A stretch of DNA of 64,000 nucleotides, from contig JAUMWC010000003.1 in assembly GCA_030529855.1 (NCBI GenBank), forward strand, positions 9,433 through 73,432, written 5' to 3'. This document shows positions 13,510-23,760 of the stretch, piece by piece; position 1 is the first letter of the stretch; the number at the start of each line of letters is the position of its first letter. This DNA is from Gemella sp. (GTDB lineage: Bacteria; Bacillota; Bacilli; Staphylococcales; Gemellaceae). Position numbers and translations under genes: made by a program. The notes under the pieces are model-generated. The model worked only from the letters and a program-made list of their open reading frames with translations, did not search any database and was not told where the DNA came from.

Positions 13510-16374
13510 ATGGAATTTAATTTACTAAGTAAAGAATATTTAAAAGATATTGATACAACTGCTTACTTATATGAACATAAAAAAACTAAAGCAAGATTGA
13601 TATTTTTTAATAATTCAGATGAAAATAAATCTTTTAGTATTTCATTCAAAACGATTCCTTACAATGATAATGGAATTTTCCATATTTTAGAGCATTCAGT
13701 GTTGTGCGGTTCAGAAAAATATCCATTAAAAGAGCCTTTTGTAGAACTTATAAAAGGTTCTTTTAATACTTTTATTAATGCTATGACATTTCCGGATAAA
13801 ACAATGTACCCTGTATCCTCTAAAAATAATAATGATTTGAAAATATTAATGGATATATATTTAGATGCTGTTTTTAATCCCAATTTGTTAAATAATGAAA
13901 ACATTTTAAAACAAGAGGGTTGGCATTACCATATGGAATCAAATGCGGATGATTTAATTTATAAGGGGGTAGTGTATAGCGAGATGAAAGGTGTATATTC
14001 TTCAGATGAAGAAATAATAGATATGCACGTCTCTGAGTCGCTATTTACAAATACACCATATAAATATTCATATGGTGGAAAACCACAGGCTATCACTAAT
14101 TTAAAACAAAAAGAATTTGTTGAAACATATAATTATTGTTATCATCCTAGTAATTCTTATATATTTTTATACGGGAATTTAGAAATTGAAGAATATCTAA
14201 CAAGTATTGATTCATATTTACAAAATTACGAATACAAGGACTATAGTAATTATATTATTGAAAAACAAGATGTTTTCACTTCCGATATTGTTAAAAAGTC
14301 GTATTTTAATGATGAGCCTGAAAACAAAAACTATTTTTCTGTTAGTTATATAATCGGGGATAATGAGGAATTAAATTTAATAAATAGCATCAATATAATA
14401 GATGAGCTTCTATTGGGAAATTCTAATACAGAATTCCGAAAATTTTTTATAGATAACAATATTTGTGAAGATGTGTATAGTTATCTTCAAAGAGACAAAC
14501 AAGAAGTCGTGTACACAATCATATTTAAAAATGTTGTAGACAAAGAATTGGATAGAATTCCTTTATTATATGAGAATTGTCTTGAAGAAGAGATCTCTAA
14601 AGGGTTTGATAAAGAATATATACAGGCAATAATAAATAAATATATTTTCACTCTAAAAGAAGAAGTAAACAAAGTAAGTTCTCCTAAGGGGGTTAACTAT
14701 GCTGTTCGAGCTTTGAGAAGTTGGTTATATGGTGGAAATCCATTTACTCAATTTAAGTATACAGAAATAATTGATGCTTTAAATGCTAATCTTTTTTCAA
14801 ATGAATTTGAAAAAATTGCGAATACTTTCTTATTAGATAATAAAAAGAAATCTTTGGTTGTTATTAGGGCAAATAAAGAAAAAATTGATACTGAAGAGGA
14901 TTTAAATTTATATAAAAATTCATTAACAGACTCTCAAATTAAAGAAATAATTAGAGATACTACACAATTATTAGAATGGCAAAATAGTGAAGAAAATCCT
15001 GAAGATTTAAGGAGAATTCAAAGTGTAGATGCTAAAACAGTTAAATTAACAAATCCCTACAATAAAACAGAATTTAAGAAAATTGATGGAGTAACATACG
15101 CCCACTATAATATTAATACTAGTAATATAATTTATTCTAATTTATTATTTGATATTTCTTTTTTTGATGAAAATGAAATACAATATGCTAGCTTATTATC
15201 TTATCTTCTTTTTAATATTAATACTAAGAATAAATCTGAAATTGATATCCAGAAAGACATTGATTATAACTTAGGAGATATTCATTCGAATATTAGTATT
15301 TTTAAAAACGATAATAACAAAAAAACAAAAATAAAATTTACGATAGTTGCTAAAAATTTAGTAGCGAAACTAGAAAATCTGGTTGCAATACTAAAAGAAA
15401 ATACTTTGAATTCAGATTTTTCAAATGAAAAAGCAATATATAATATTTTATTAGAACTCAAATTAAGTTTAGAAAGCAGAATTAAAGAGAGTGGTCATAC
15501 TTTTATTAATAGAAGACTACTGTCTTATAATTCATTAAATAATTATTTACATGAACTTACTTCTGGATATGAGTTTTACTTATTTGTATCTAAAATAGTA
15601 GATAATTTTGAAACTGAATATAGTAATTTGTCTAAAAACTTGGAAATTATAGTAACTAAGATCTTTAACAAAAATAACCTTATAATTAGTTCTACTTGTA
15701 ATGATAGTGATAATTTTGAGTTTTTCAAACATATTAAAAATTATGTAGCCCAATTAGGAGATTTTTCATCGCATATAGAATTTAGTGAAATTGAATTTAA
15801 TAAAAAAGAAAACTATTCTGAAGCATACTATTTTGATACTATGGTCAATTATATAGGGGTTGGTTTTGATAATATCGAAAATTATTCCGGTCACTTGTTA
15901 GTATTGCGCAATATAATTAATCTAGATTATCTATGGAATAAAGTAAGAGTCAAAGGTGGAGCCTATGGAGCCGGACTTTCCATCAATAAATTTGGTGAAG
16001 TAACTTTTTGGTCGTTTAGAGATCCAAATATAGAAAATACGCTAAACATTTATTCTAATGTTGCGAGATTTATTAATAATTTACAACTAGATGATGAAAG
16101 TTTGAATAAGTACATTATAGGTACTTTAAACACATTTGATCAATTATTGTCTCCAAAAGATAAGGCATTAATCTCATTAAATCATTTTATTAATGAGACA
16201 GATCCTACTAAATTTGATCAACTAGTAGAAGAAATAAAATCAACAAAAGTAGAAGATTTATTACTTTTAGCTAAACAATTTGATAATAAAAATAAAAATA
16301 TATGTTTAATAACATCTAGATCATATATCGAAAATAATAGTGATAAATTTTCTAAAGTAATAGAAATTAAATAA
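13510..16374 (+). CDS. M16C-family zinc metallopeptidase (pitrilysin / PreP-like)
   Basis: 954 aa; inverted zinc motif HILEH near the N-terminus with a downstream E (EMKGVYSSDEE); the length matches M16C presequence-protease-like enzymes. Confidence 0.8.
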   Translation: MEFNLLSKEYLKDIDTTAYLYEHKKTKARLIFFNNSDENKSFSISFKTIPYNDNGIFHILEHSVLCGSEKYPLKEPFVELIKGSFNTFINAMTFPDKTMYPVSSKNNNDLKILMDIYLDAVFNPNLLNNENILKQEGWHYHMESNADDLIYKGVVYSEMKGVYSSDEEIIDMHVSESLFTNTPYKYSYGGKPQAITNLKQKEFVETYNYCYHPSNSYIFLYGNLEIEEYLTSIDSYLQNYEYKDYSNYIIEKQDVFTSDIVKKSYFNDEPENKNYFSVSYIIGDNEELNLINSINIIDELLLGNSNTEFRKFFIDNNICEDVYSYLQRDKQEVVYTIIFKNVVDKELDRIPLLYENCLEEEISKGFDKEYIQAIINKYIFTLKEEVNKVSSPKGVNYAVRALRSWLYGGNPFTQFKYTEIIDALNANLFSNEFEKIANTFLLDNKKKSLVVIRANKEKIDTEEDLNLYKNSLTDSQIKEIIRDTTQLLEWQNSEENPEDLRRIQSVDAKTVKLTNPYNKTEFKKIDGVTYAHYNINTSNIIYSNLLFDISFFDENEIQYASLLSYLLFNINTKNKSEIDIQKDIDYNLGDIHSNISIFKNDNNKKTKIKFTIVAKNLVAKLENLVAILKENTLNSDFSNEKAIYNILLELKLSLESRIKESGHTFINRRLLSYNSLNNYLHELTSGYEFYLFVSKIVDNFETEYSNLSKNLEIIVTKIFNKNNLIISSTCNDSDNFEFFKHIKNYVAQLGDFSSHIEFSEIEFNKKENYSEAYYFDTMVNYIGVGFDNIENYSGHLLVLRNIINLDYLWNKVRVKGGAYGAGLSINKFGEVTFWSFRDPNIENTLNIYSNVARFINNLQLDDESLNKYIIGTLNTFDQLLSPKDKALISLNHFINETDPTKFDQLVEEIKSTKVEDLLLLAKQFDNKNKNICLITSRSYIENNSDKFSKVIEIK

Positions 16375-16386
16375 GAGGTGCAATAA

Positions 16387-17025
16387 ATGAGAGTTAGATT
16401 TCGTTCAGATGCAAAAGAAAGATTAGAGAAAAATCCTTTTGTATTTATTGAACCAAGTGAAAATAAAAACAATTGGAAAAATATTTTTAAAAATGAAAAT
16501 CCTATTCACCTAGAAATAGGTACAGGAAAAGGTCAGTTTATATTCAATTTAGCAAAACAAAATCCTGAAATTAATTTTATTGGATTAGAAACGCAACCTA
16601 CTGTTTTAAGTTACTTATTGGATAAAATAGAAAAAGATCAGGTACAAAACCTAAGATTAATTTTAGCAGACGCAAGTAGTCTTGTTGAGTACTTTTCTGA
16701 AGGAGAAATAAGTAAACTGTACTTAAATTTTTCAGATCCGTGGCCTAAAACAAGGCATGAAAAACGTCGATTAACATTTAAAAAATTCTTAGAACAGTAT
16801 GATTTTGTGTTGAATGATAATAAAATTATTGTACAAAAAACAGATAATATGAAGTTGTTTGAATACAGTTTGTGGTCTTACGCTGATTATGGATTTAAAA
16901 TCAATAAAATTTCCTTAGATTTAACTAATAGTGAATATGAGAAGGAGAATATCCACACTGAGTATGAAGATAAGTTTATAAAAAAAGGAAATAATATCTA
17001 TTATGTAGAACTATATAAAAAATAG
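16387..17025 (+). CDS. trmB: tRNA (guanine46-N7)-methyltransferase
   Basis: 212 aa; SAM-binding LEIGTGKGQF and the FSDPWPK motif. Confidence 0.9.
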   Translation: MRVRFRSDAKERLEKNPFVFIEPSENKNNWKNIFKNENPIHLEIGTGKGQFIFNLAKQNPEINFIGLETQPTVLSYLLDKIEKDQVQNLRLILADASSLVEYFSEGEISKLYLNFSDPWPKTRHEKRRLTFKKFLEQYDFVLNDNKIIVQKTDNMKLFEYSLWSYADYGFKINKISLDLTNSEYEKENIHTEYEDKFIKKGNNIYYVELYKK

Positions 17026-17055
17026 TTGATTTTTTATTACAAAATAATATATAAT
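17026..17055 (+). promoter_or_regulatory. Putative sigma-A promoter for efp
   Basis: TTGATT, 18-nt spacer, TATAAT, upstream of the efp RBS. Confidence 0.3.
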
Positions 17056-17089
17056 TTACAGTAAAGCATTTAAATTAAGGAGATAAAAT

Positions 17090-17647
17090 ATGATTTCAGT
17101 TAATGATTTTAAAACAGGAGTTACTATCGAAGTAGACGGTAATATTTGGAAAGTATTAGAATTCCAACATGTAAAACCAGGTAAAGGAGCTGCATTTGTT
17201 CGCTCTAAGTTAAGAAATATGAGAACTGGAGCTGTTAATGATAAAACATTTAGAGCAGGGGAAAAGGTTGCTAAAGCGCTTATTACAAATGAAAAAATGT
17301 CTTATCTATACGCATCAGGTGATGGATATGTATTCATGAACAATGAGACATATGACCAAATAGAAATTCCGGAAGCAAACATAAAATACGAATTAAACTT
17401 CTTAAAAGAAAATATGGAAGTCTCTATTTTAATGTTTGGTAGTGAGATTTTAGGAGTTGATTTACCTACAACAGTTGAATTAGAAGTTACTGAAACAGAG
17501 CCTGGTGTTAAAGGAGATACTGCAACAGGTGCAACTAAATCTGCCACTGTAGAAACAGGCTATACATTACAAGTGCCTTTATTTGTAAAAGAAGGTGATG
17601 TTCTTGTAATCAATACTTCTGAAGGGTATTATGTATCTAGAGCTTAA
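17090..17647 (+). CDS. efp: Elongation factor P
   Basis: 185 aa; [15 protein letters not shown] loop containing the conserved modified lysine. Confidence 0.96.
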   Translation: MISVNDFKTGVTIEVDGNIWKVLEFQHVKPGKGAAFVRSKLRNMRTGAVNDKTFRAGEKVAKALITNEKMSYLYASGDGYVFMNNETYDQIEIPEANIKYELNFLKENMEVSILMFGSEILGVDLPTTVELEVTETEPGVKGDTATGATKSATVETGYTLQVPLFVKEGDVLVINTSEGYYVSRA

Positions 17648-17751
17648 TTAAAGATATAAATTCTTGCAATATATTAATTATTATGGTATTATATTCAATG
17701 TGTATGTAGTAAATGTTATGAATATACTATTTCCAAAAGGAGGATTAATTC

Positions 17752-17940
17752 ATGGCAAAAGTTTGTTACGTTACTGGACGTAAAGCTCGTTCAGGAAATG
17801 CTCGTTCACACGCGATGAACGCTACAAAAAGAAGATTTAAAGCTAACTTACAAAAAGTTACTATTTTAGTAGATGGAGAGCCTAAAAAAGTTTGGGTTTC
17901 TGCTCGTGCTTTAAAATCTGGAAAAGTGCAACGTGTATAA
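17752..17940 (+). CDS. rpmB: 50S ribosomal protein L28
   Basis: 62 aa; [29 protein letters not shown] is the canonical L28 sequence. Confidence 0.95.
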   Translation: MAKVCYVTGRKARSGNARSHAMNATKRRFKANLQKVTILVDGEPKKVWVSARALKSGKVQRV

Positions 17941-17960
17941 TTAATACAAAACAATACTTT

Positions 17961-17997
17961 AACTATCTAAGATTTTATTATCTTAGATAGTTTTTTA
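17961..17997 (+). terminator. Rho-independent terminator after rpmB
   Basis: AACTATCTAAGAT / ATCTTAGATAGTT stem followed by TTTTT. Confidence 0.7.
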
Positions 17998-18020
17998 CTA
18001 TATCGATTAAAGGAGGACGA

Positions 18021-19109
18021 ATGAATTATTCAATACTATTTTTCTTTTTTATTATTTTATTATTAATAAGTATTTATGTATATAAAAAAATTAGCATTAT
18101 TCTACTTATTATATTTCCAAACGTTAAACTTAGGTTAATTTCATTTATACTAGCAGCTATTCCACTTATAATGGTTTTCTCAAGATCATTTTCTAGTTTT
18201 CTGATATTTATTTTTTATGTAATCATATTTTCAATACTTATAGACAGCATTAATATTTATGTCAAAAGATTCAACAATAAAACTTGGAAAATAATCCATA
18301 GATTTTTAATAATTCCTATTATAGTATCTACCATATTTACATCATATGGTTATTACAATGCGCACAACATTCAGAAAACAACTTATAACATAATAAGTGA
18401 GAAAGATATAAAACAAGATTATAAAATTGCGCTTATTAGTGATTTACATTTTGGTAATAATTTTAATTTAGAAAAATTAAAAGAACAAGTAAATATAATA
18501 TCTGCAGACAATCCTGATTTAGTAGTTCTAGCCGGAGATATTGTAGATGAACAAACTCCCGTAGACACATATGAAGAGGTCTTTAAAATTTTATCAAGTA
18601 TAAAATCAACATATGGTGTGTATTACATTTTAGGGAATCATGATGAAAATAGATATATCAATCCTACTGATGATAGAAATACAAAATTAAATAATGCGAT
18701 AAAAAATACAAATATTATAGTGTTAAATGATACATCAAAACAAATAAATGGAGATATTTTTATTAGTGGACGAATTGATTATTCATACGAAAGAGATGCT
18801 CAAAGAATACCCGCTATAGATCTAATTAAAGAATTAGATACTAATAAATTCTTACTAGTGGCAGATCATCAACCAAGTCAATATAAAGAGAATAAAGAAG
18901 CCGGTTTCGACTTACAAGTATCCGGACACACTCACGCTGGTCAAATTTGGCCTTTCGGTATAGTTACAAGCAGTATAGGTTTTGACTATGGTTTATTGAA
19001 AGAGGATAATTTTAATTTAGTAGTAAGCTCTGGAATGGGATTATGGGGTATGCCAGTAAGAACAGAAGAAAAATCAGAATATGTTATAATAGAAATAAAA
19101 AAGAAGTAG
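18021..19109 (+). CDS. Membrane-anchored calcineurin-like metallophosphoesterase
   Basis: N-terminal multi-TM region, then phosphoesterase motifs DLHFG, GDIVD, GNHDE and GHTH. Confidence 0.8.
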   Translation: MNYSILFFFFIILLLISIYVYKKISIILLIIFPNVKLRLISFILAAIPLIMVFSRSFSSFLIFIFYVIIFSILIDSINIYVKRFNNKTWKIIHRFLIIPIIVSTIFTSYGYYNAHNIQKTTYNIISEKDIKQDYKIALISDLHFGNNFNLEKLKEQVNIISADNPDLVVLAGDIVDEQTPVDTYEEVFKILSSIKSTYGVYYILGNHDENRYINPTDDRNTKLNNAIKNTNIIVLNDTSKQINGDIFISGRIDYSYERDAQRIPAIDLIKELDTNKFLLVADHQPSQYKENKEAGFDLQVSGHTHAGQIWPFGIVTSSIGFDYGLLKEDNFNLVVSSGMGLWGMPVRTEEKSEYVIIEIKKK

Positions 19110-19167
19110 CTACAAATATATTTGTAGCTTTTTATTGTTTTATAAGGAAAAGTGTGGTAAAATATAT

Positions 19168-19197
19168 TTGTTCGCATAATACATATTATGTGTACAA
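19168..19197. other. dif: dif-like Xer recombination site (near-symmetric 12-6-12)
   Basis: TTGTTCGCATAA-TACATA-TTATGTGTACAA. The arms are inverted repeats (10/12). The arms resemble the canonical dif XerC arm (GCGCATAA) and XerD arm (TTATGT). It lies 31 bp upstream of the xerS-like start, at the point where gene strand polarity switches. Confidence 0.6.
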
Positions 19198-19228
19198 TTG
19201 ATAGTTTAATAATGGAGATTGTAACTTT

Positions 19229-20275
19229 ATGAATCAAAAAGATTATTATAAAAAGAAAATAAATAATGATATCAAAAATTTCCCCTCGTATATTGAAGAT
19301 TTCTTTGATACTTATTATGATATTTTGTCACCACTAACACTGCATAGATATTTAGAAAGCTATAAATCTTTTCTCTCTTGGTTAATATCAGAATCGATTT
19401 CGGATATTACTGATATTAAAGATACAAAAATTTCTACACTTGAAAATCTATCAAAAAAAGAAATGGAATCATACTTTAAATATTTATCTAGAGAGGAAAT
19501 TAATGGTAAATATAGAAGTCATGCAACAATAAACAACTATAAAGCTGCACTTCGTTCACTATACAAATTTCTTACTATTACTAGTGAAAACGAATTAGGA
19601 AAACCCTATTTTGAAAGAAATGTTATGTTGAAAATTCCTATAAACAGAGTAAAAGAAACACTATCATCTAGATCTAAAAAAATTTCTGAAAAAATTTTTA
19701 CAGAATCTCAAGATGATGATTTTTTAAATTATGTAGAATATAAGTATGAAGAAACTTTAACTAAACATCAAAAATCATTCTTTCTAAGAGACAAAAAAAG
19801 AGATATTGCTATCTTAACTTTATTCTTAAGAAGTGGTATCCGTGTCAATGAATTAGCAGGTTTAAGAATGAAAGATGTTGATTTTATCAATACAGAAATT
19901 AATATCGTAAGAAAAGGTAATAAATTGGACACAGTGATTGTAACCGAATCAGCAATGAAAAAAATTAAAGAGTATCTATTAGATTTATCTTTTGAACTTA
20001 CACGAGAAGACCCGCTATTCGTTACCAAAAATAAAAAACCAATTTCTATTAGAGCAATACAAAAATTGGTTATGAAATATACTGATTCGTATAATATACC
20101 AATGTCCCCACACAAATTAAGACACAGTTATGGTACAAAATTAGCACAAAAGACCAATGGAAATATTCCTATTATAATGACACAAATGGGACATTCAAAT
20201 AGCGATACTTCTATGTTATATATAAATGAATCTAAAAGGTTAATTAAACAATCTGTAGAAAAATTAGATGAATAA
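19229..20275 (+). CDS. xerS: XerS-like single tyrosine recombinase (Xer family, extended N-terminus)
   Basis: 348 aa. C-terminal tyrosine-recombinase catalytic region (R...HKLRHSY...MGHSNSDTSMLY, with Tyr) and a long N-terminal domain as in XerS. The gene sits immediately downstream of the dif-like site, the typical xerS/dif arrangement. Confidence 0.6.
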   Translation: MNQKDYYKKKINNDIKNFPSYIEDFFDTYYDILSPLTLHRYLESYKSFLSWLISESISDITDIKDTKISTLENLSKKEMESYFKYLSREEINGKYRSHATINNYKAALRSLYKFLTITSENELGKPYFERNVMLKIPINRVKETLSSRSKKISEKIFTESQDDDFLNYVEYKYEETLTKHQKSFFLRDKKRDIAILTLFLRSGIRVNELAGLRMKDVDFINTEINIVRKGNKLDTVIVTESAMKKIKEYLLDLSFELTREDPLFVTKNKKPISIRAIQKLVMKYTDSYNIPMSPHKLRHSYGTKLAQKTNGNIPIIMTQMGHSNSDTSMLYINESKRLIKQSVEKLDE

Positions 20276-20300
20276 AAAAGACCATATATATGGTCTTTTT
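20276..20300. terminator. Bidirectional terminator between convergent xerS and pgsA
   Basis: AAAAAGACCATATATATGGTCTTTTTT: a palindromic stem flanked by an A-run and a T-run. Confidence 0.7.
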
Positions 20301-20875
20301 TATTTGAAAACATGTTTTGAATTTTTAAAATATTCTAGTGCTGAAAGCATCGTAAGAACAACTGATAACCATAATACTATTCTATCCAACGGAATATTTA
20401 TTAGCTGGAATATTGGATTTCCAAATAATATTAATATAATTGCTACTATCTGGAGTATAGTTTTTAATTTTCCTAAAAAACCAGCTGCAATTACTTGTCC
20501 CTGCTCTACAGCTAACATTCTTAAACCAGTTACAGCAAATTCCCTAGCAATTACACAAACAACCATCCAACTCTCTATCATTTCTAGTTCTACCATAACT
20601 ATAAATGCACTTCCAACTAATAATTTATCTGCTAAAGGATCTAAAAATTTTCCCATATTTGTTACTAAATTATATTTTCTAGCTAAATATCCATCTAAAA
20701 AATCTGTTATAGACGCTAAAATAAAAATAAAATTAGCAATCAATATATTATATGATATTTCTCTACCGCCTAAAAAAGAAAGTGTTTCTGGTATATCAAA
20801 TAATAGGAAAAATATAAATAATGGTATTAAAATTGTTCTGAGTAATGTAATTTTATTAGGTAGATTCTTATCCAT
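20300..20875 (-). CDS. pgsA: CDP-diacylglycerol--glycerol-3-phosphate 3-phosphatidyltransferase
   Basis: 191 aa; CDP-alcohol phosphotransferase motif DGYLAR...G...DPLADK. Confidence 0.92.
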   Translation of the reverse strand: MDKNLPNKITLLRTILIPLFIFFLLFDIPETLSFLGGREISYNILIANFIFILASITDFLDGYLARKYNLVTNMGKFLDPLADKLLVGSAFIVMVELEMIESWMVVCVIAREFAVTGLRMLAVEQGQVIAAGFLGKLKTILQIVAIILILFGNPIFQLINIPLDRIVLWLSVVLTMLSALEYFKNSKHVFK

Positions 20876-20942
20876 TCAAACACCTCTTATATACTAATTT
20901 CAACAGAATAATTATAACATAAAATGCTAGAGATTTCTATAT

Positions 20943-23168
20943 CTACTCATTATTTTCAGCAAACTCTGGCTCTAAGAATACTTTTCTAGGTTTACTTGAA
21001 TCTGCTGGTCCTATATATCCATCTTCTTCTAATGTTTCTATTATTCTTGCAGCTCTATTATATCCTATCTTAAATCGTCTTTGTAATAGAGAAGCTGACG
21101 CTTTTTGTTGTTTTGCAATAAAGAGAAGTACTTCATGATACAGAGGATCAATCTCTTCTGAATTAGTAATTTCTCGTGATGAATTTTCCGATGGTTGCAT
21201 TGAAGGATCATATTCTGTTTCTGCTTGATTTTTAATATAATCTACTATATTTTCTACTTCTTGATCTGATAAAAATGCTCCTTGAATTCGGATCGGTTTA
21301 CTAGAATCAGCTGATTGAAATAACATATCTCCTTTTCCTAATAGAGTTTCCGCTCCTGATTTATCTAAAATTGTTCTCGAATCAATACTTGAACTCACAG
21401 CGAATGCAATTCTAGATGGGATATTAGATTTTATTACTCCTGTTATTACATCTACAGAAGGGCGTTGTGTTGCTATTATTAAATGAATTCCAGCTGCCCT
21501 AGCCATTTGAGTAATTCTTGCGATGGATTCTTCTACTTCTTTGGAAGCGACCAACATTAAATCTGCTAACTCGTCAATTATAACTACCATATATGGCATT
21601 ACTTTATATTCTTCGTCTTTCTGAGCTATTTTATTATAACCCTCTATATTTTTTACCCTAGCAATTGAAAATTCTCTGTATCTTCTCTCCATCTCTAAAA
21701 CAACTTTGTGTAAAACATCCGCTGCTTTTAATGGGTTTGTAACTACAGGGGTTAATAAATGAGGTATCCCATCATATATTGATAGTTCTACCATTTTAGG
21801 ATCTATCATTATAAGTTTTACTTGATCTGGTCTATTTTTTAATAATATACTTGTTATTATTGTATTTACACATACAGATTTACCAGAACCAGTGGATCCT
21901 GCAACTAGTAAATGAGGCATTTTATCTAATCTAGCGAATATCGACTCCCCAGAAACGTCTTTTCCTAGTGTAACAGAAAGGGGCGCATCATCTTCATTGT
22001 TAATGAATACTTCTTTCATTGTCACCAACTGATTTATTGTATTAGGTATCTCTATACCTATTAAAGATTTACCTGGAATTGGAGCTTCTATTCGAATATC
22101 TTTAGCGGCAAGATTTAAAGCAATATCACTAGAAAGGTTAGTTATTTTACTAACTTTTGTTCCAGGAGTAGGTAATATTTGAAATTGAGTTATTGAAGGG
22201 CCTACTACAGCTTTAACGATCTTTACTTCTATCCCAAAATTTTTGAAGGTTGATTGAAGTATTTTAGATTTACTAACTATATCTTCTTTAGATATTTTTT
22301 TATTCTCGATGGGATTACTCAATAAATCAAGTGGTGGTAGCTTATAATTAGCATAGTCGACATTATTTTCTTTAGTTGAACTTATAGAATCGTTATTTTC
22401 TCCTATTTCAGGTTTAGGAATACGTTTCTTCTCATTAGATAGTAGTTCTACTTTCTCTTCTTCCACTTTAAATTCATTAATATCTATTTCCAACTCGTCA
22501 TTTTTGATATTATCATAGTATTCATTTATAACATTTTTTTCTCTATCTAAATCTACCTTGTTATTACTATTTGTAGTAACAGTATTTTTTTTATGAAATA
22601 TCTGCTTAATCTTATTAAATATTTCCGAAAGATAATTAGGTAATCTATTAGGATATACACTATTTATATATAAGGAGATACTCATAATCAACAATACTAT
22701 TGTCAGCAACATCGTCCCTGTATATGATATTAAATATATAGCCATTTTTACTATGTTTCTTATTAAAACTCCTGAACCAATAATATTATTATAATTATTT
22801 ACAGCAAATATATAACTAAATGAAGAATAAGTTGGATTATTTACATATATTAATTCCCATAAAATTGAAATTAAAATTAATATACTAGATATATACCTTT
22901 TATAATTAATTGTGAGTCCGATAATATATAGAATTCCAATAATTATAACGAATATATATATTATATATATTATATTACCAAATAAATATTTTAATATATT
23001 ATCGAGTAGTTCTCCTATAATTCCCATTCGGAATATAGCAATAAAAGTTATAAAAACAATTATGGAGACAAATAGACTATTATACAGTTCTATATTATTA
23101 TTTTTTAATGATTTTATACTATCTACTACTGACAGTTTATTTTCTTTTTTCTTCTTTTTCTTTTTCAA
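20943..23168 (-). CDS. ftsK: DNA translocase FtsK/SpoIIIE
   Basis: 741 aa; N-terminal TM segments, a linker, a motor domain with Walker A GSTGSGKS, and a C-terminal winged-helix gamma domain (LYHEVLLFIAKQQKASASLLQRRFKIGYNRAARIIETLEE). Confidence 0.93.
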   Translation of the reverse strand: MKKKKKKKENKLSVVDSIKSLKNNNIELYNSLFVSIIVFITFIAIFRMGIIGELLDNILKYLFGNIIYIIYIFVIIIGILYIIGLTINYKRYISSILILISILWELIYVNNPTYSSFSYIFAVNNYNNIIGSGVLIRNIVKMAIYLISYTGTMLLTIVLLIMSISLYINSVYPNRLPNYLSEIFNKIKQIFHKKNTVTTNSNNKVDLDREKNVINEYYDNIKNDELEIDINEFKVEEEKVELLSNEKKRIPKPEIGENNDSISSTKENNVDYANYKLPPLDLLSNPIENKKISKEDIVSKSKILQSTFKNFGIEVKIVKAVVGPSITQFQILPTPGTKVSKITNLSSDIALNLAAKDIRIEAPIPGKSLIGIEIPNTINQLVTMKEVFINNEDDAPLSVTLGKDVSGESIFARLDKMPHLLVAGSTGSGKSVCVNTIITSILLKNRPDQVKLIMIDPKMVELSIYDGIPHLLTPVVTNPLKAADVLHKVVLEMERRYREFSIARVKNIEGYNKIAQKDEEYKVMPYMVVIIDELADLMLVASKEVEESIARITQMARAAGIHLIIATQRPSVDVITGVIKSNIPSRIAFAVSSSIDSRTILDKSGAETLLGKGDMLFQSADSSKPIRIQGAFLSDQEVENIVDYIKNQAETEYDPSMQPSENSSREITNSEEIDPLYHEVLLFIAKQQKASASLLQRRFKIGYNRAARIIETLEEDGYIGPADSSKPRKVFLEPEFAENNE

Positions 23169-23179
23169 AAAGCTCCTCC

Positions 23180-23752
23180 TTAGATTTGCGTTAAATAATC
23201 ACATAGTTTATCCAAAGCTTTTTTTCTATGACTTATTTTATTTTTTTCTTCAGATGAAACTTCTGCAAAGGTTTTGTTAAGTGATTCTACAAAAAAGATA
23301 GGATCATATCCAAAACCATTATTACCTTGCTTCTTTGTAATTATTTTCCCATGACATTCTCCAGTAAATGTATATTCATTTTTATTTTTATCTATCAATG
23401 AGATTACACATACATATTTTGCAAGAGATTCCTCTCCTTGTAATTTCTCTAATACTTTTTGAAGATTATCTTCATCATCTCCACTTTGAGAATACCTAGC
23501 AGAATATACTCCAGGTTCGTTGTTCAAACGTTCGACACAAAGTCCACTATCATCTGCAATTGTCATTTTCCCTGAAAATTCAGCTACTCTCCTAGCTTTT
23601 ATCAATGAATTTTCTTCAAAAGTAATCCCGGTTTCTTCAATTTCTTCTTTAAAACCAATATCATGTAAACTCAAAATCATATATTCTGTTAAAATATTTT
23701 GAATTTCCTTTATCTTATGTTTATTATTTGAAGCTAATACTAACTCTTTCAT
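23180..23752 (-). CDS. rdgB: Non-canonical purine NTP pyrophosphatase (RdgB/HAM1)
   Basis: Start at MKELVLASNNKHKIKE after a GGAGAAG RBS; SNNKHK and FGYDPIF signature motifs. The tracked start at 23806 overlaps murI. Confidence 0.88.
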   Translation of the reverse strand: MKELVLASNNKHKIKEIQNILTEYMILSLHDIGFKEEIEETGITFEENSLIKARRVAEFSGKMTIADDSGLCVERLNNEPGVYSARYSQSGDDEDNLQKVLEKLQGEESLAKYVCVISLIDKNKNEYTFTGECHGKIITKKQGNNGFGYDPIFFVESLNKTFAEVSSEEKNKISHRKKALDKLCDYLTQI

Positions 23753-23760
23753 TCTTCTCC

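Noticed and set aside
20268-20897. 209-aa + strand ORF
   Set aside because: Entirely antisense to the well-supported pgsA gene; low-complexity translation; no RBS. Shadow ORF.
22912-23280. 122-aa + strand ORF overlapping the ftsK 5' end
   Set aside because: Antisense to the ftsK membrane domain; poly-Phe/Ile low-complexity. Artefact of AT-rich sequence.
23517-23545. tRNA-like T-arm motif (GGTTCG...TTCAAACGTTCGAC)
   Set aside because: Lies inside the rdgB coding frame, and no acceptor or anticodon stem context could be built. No tRNA genes detected anywhere in the window.
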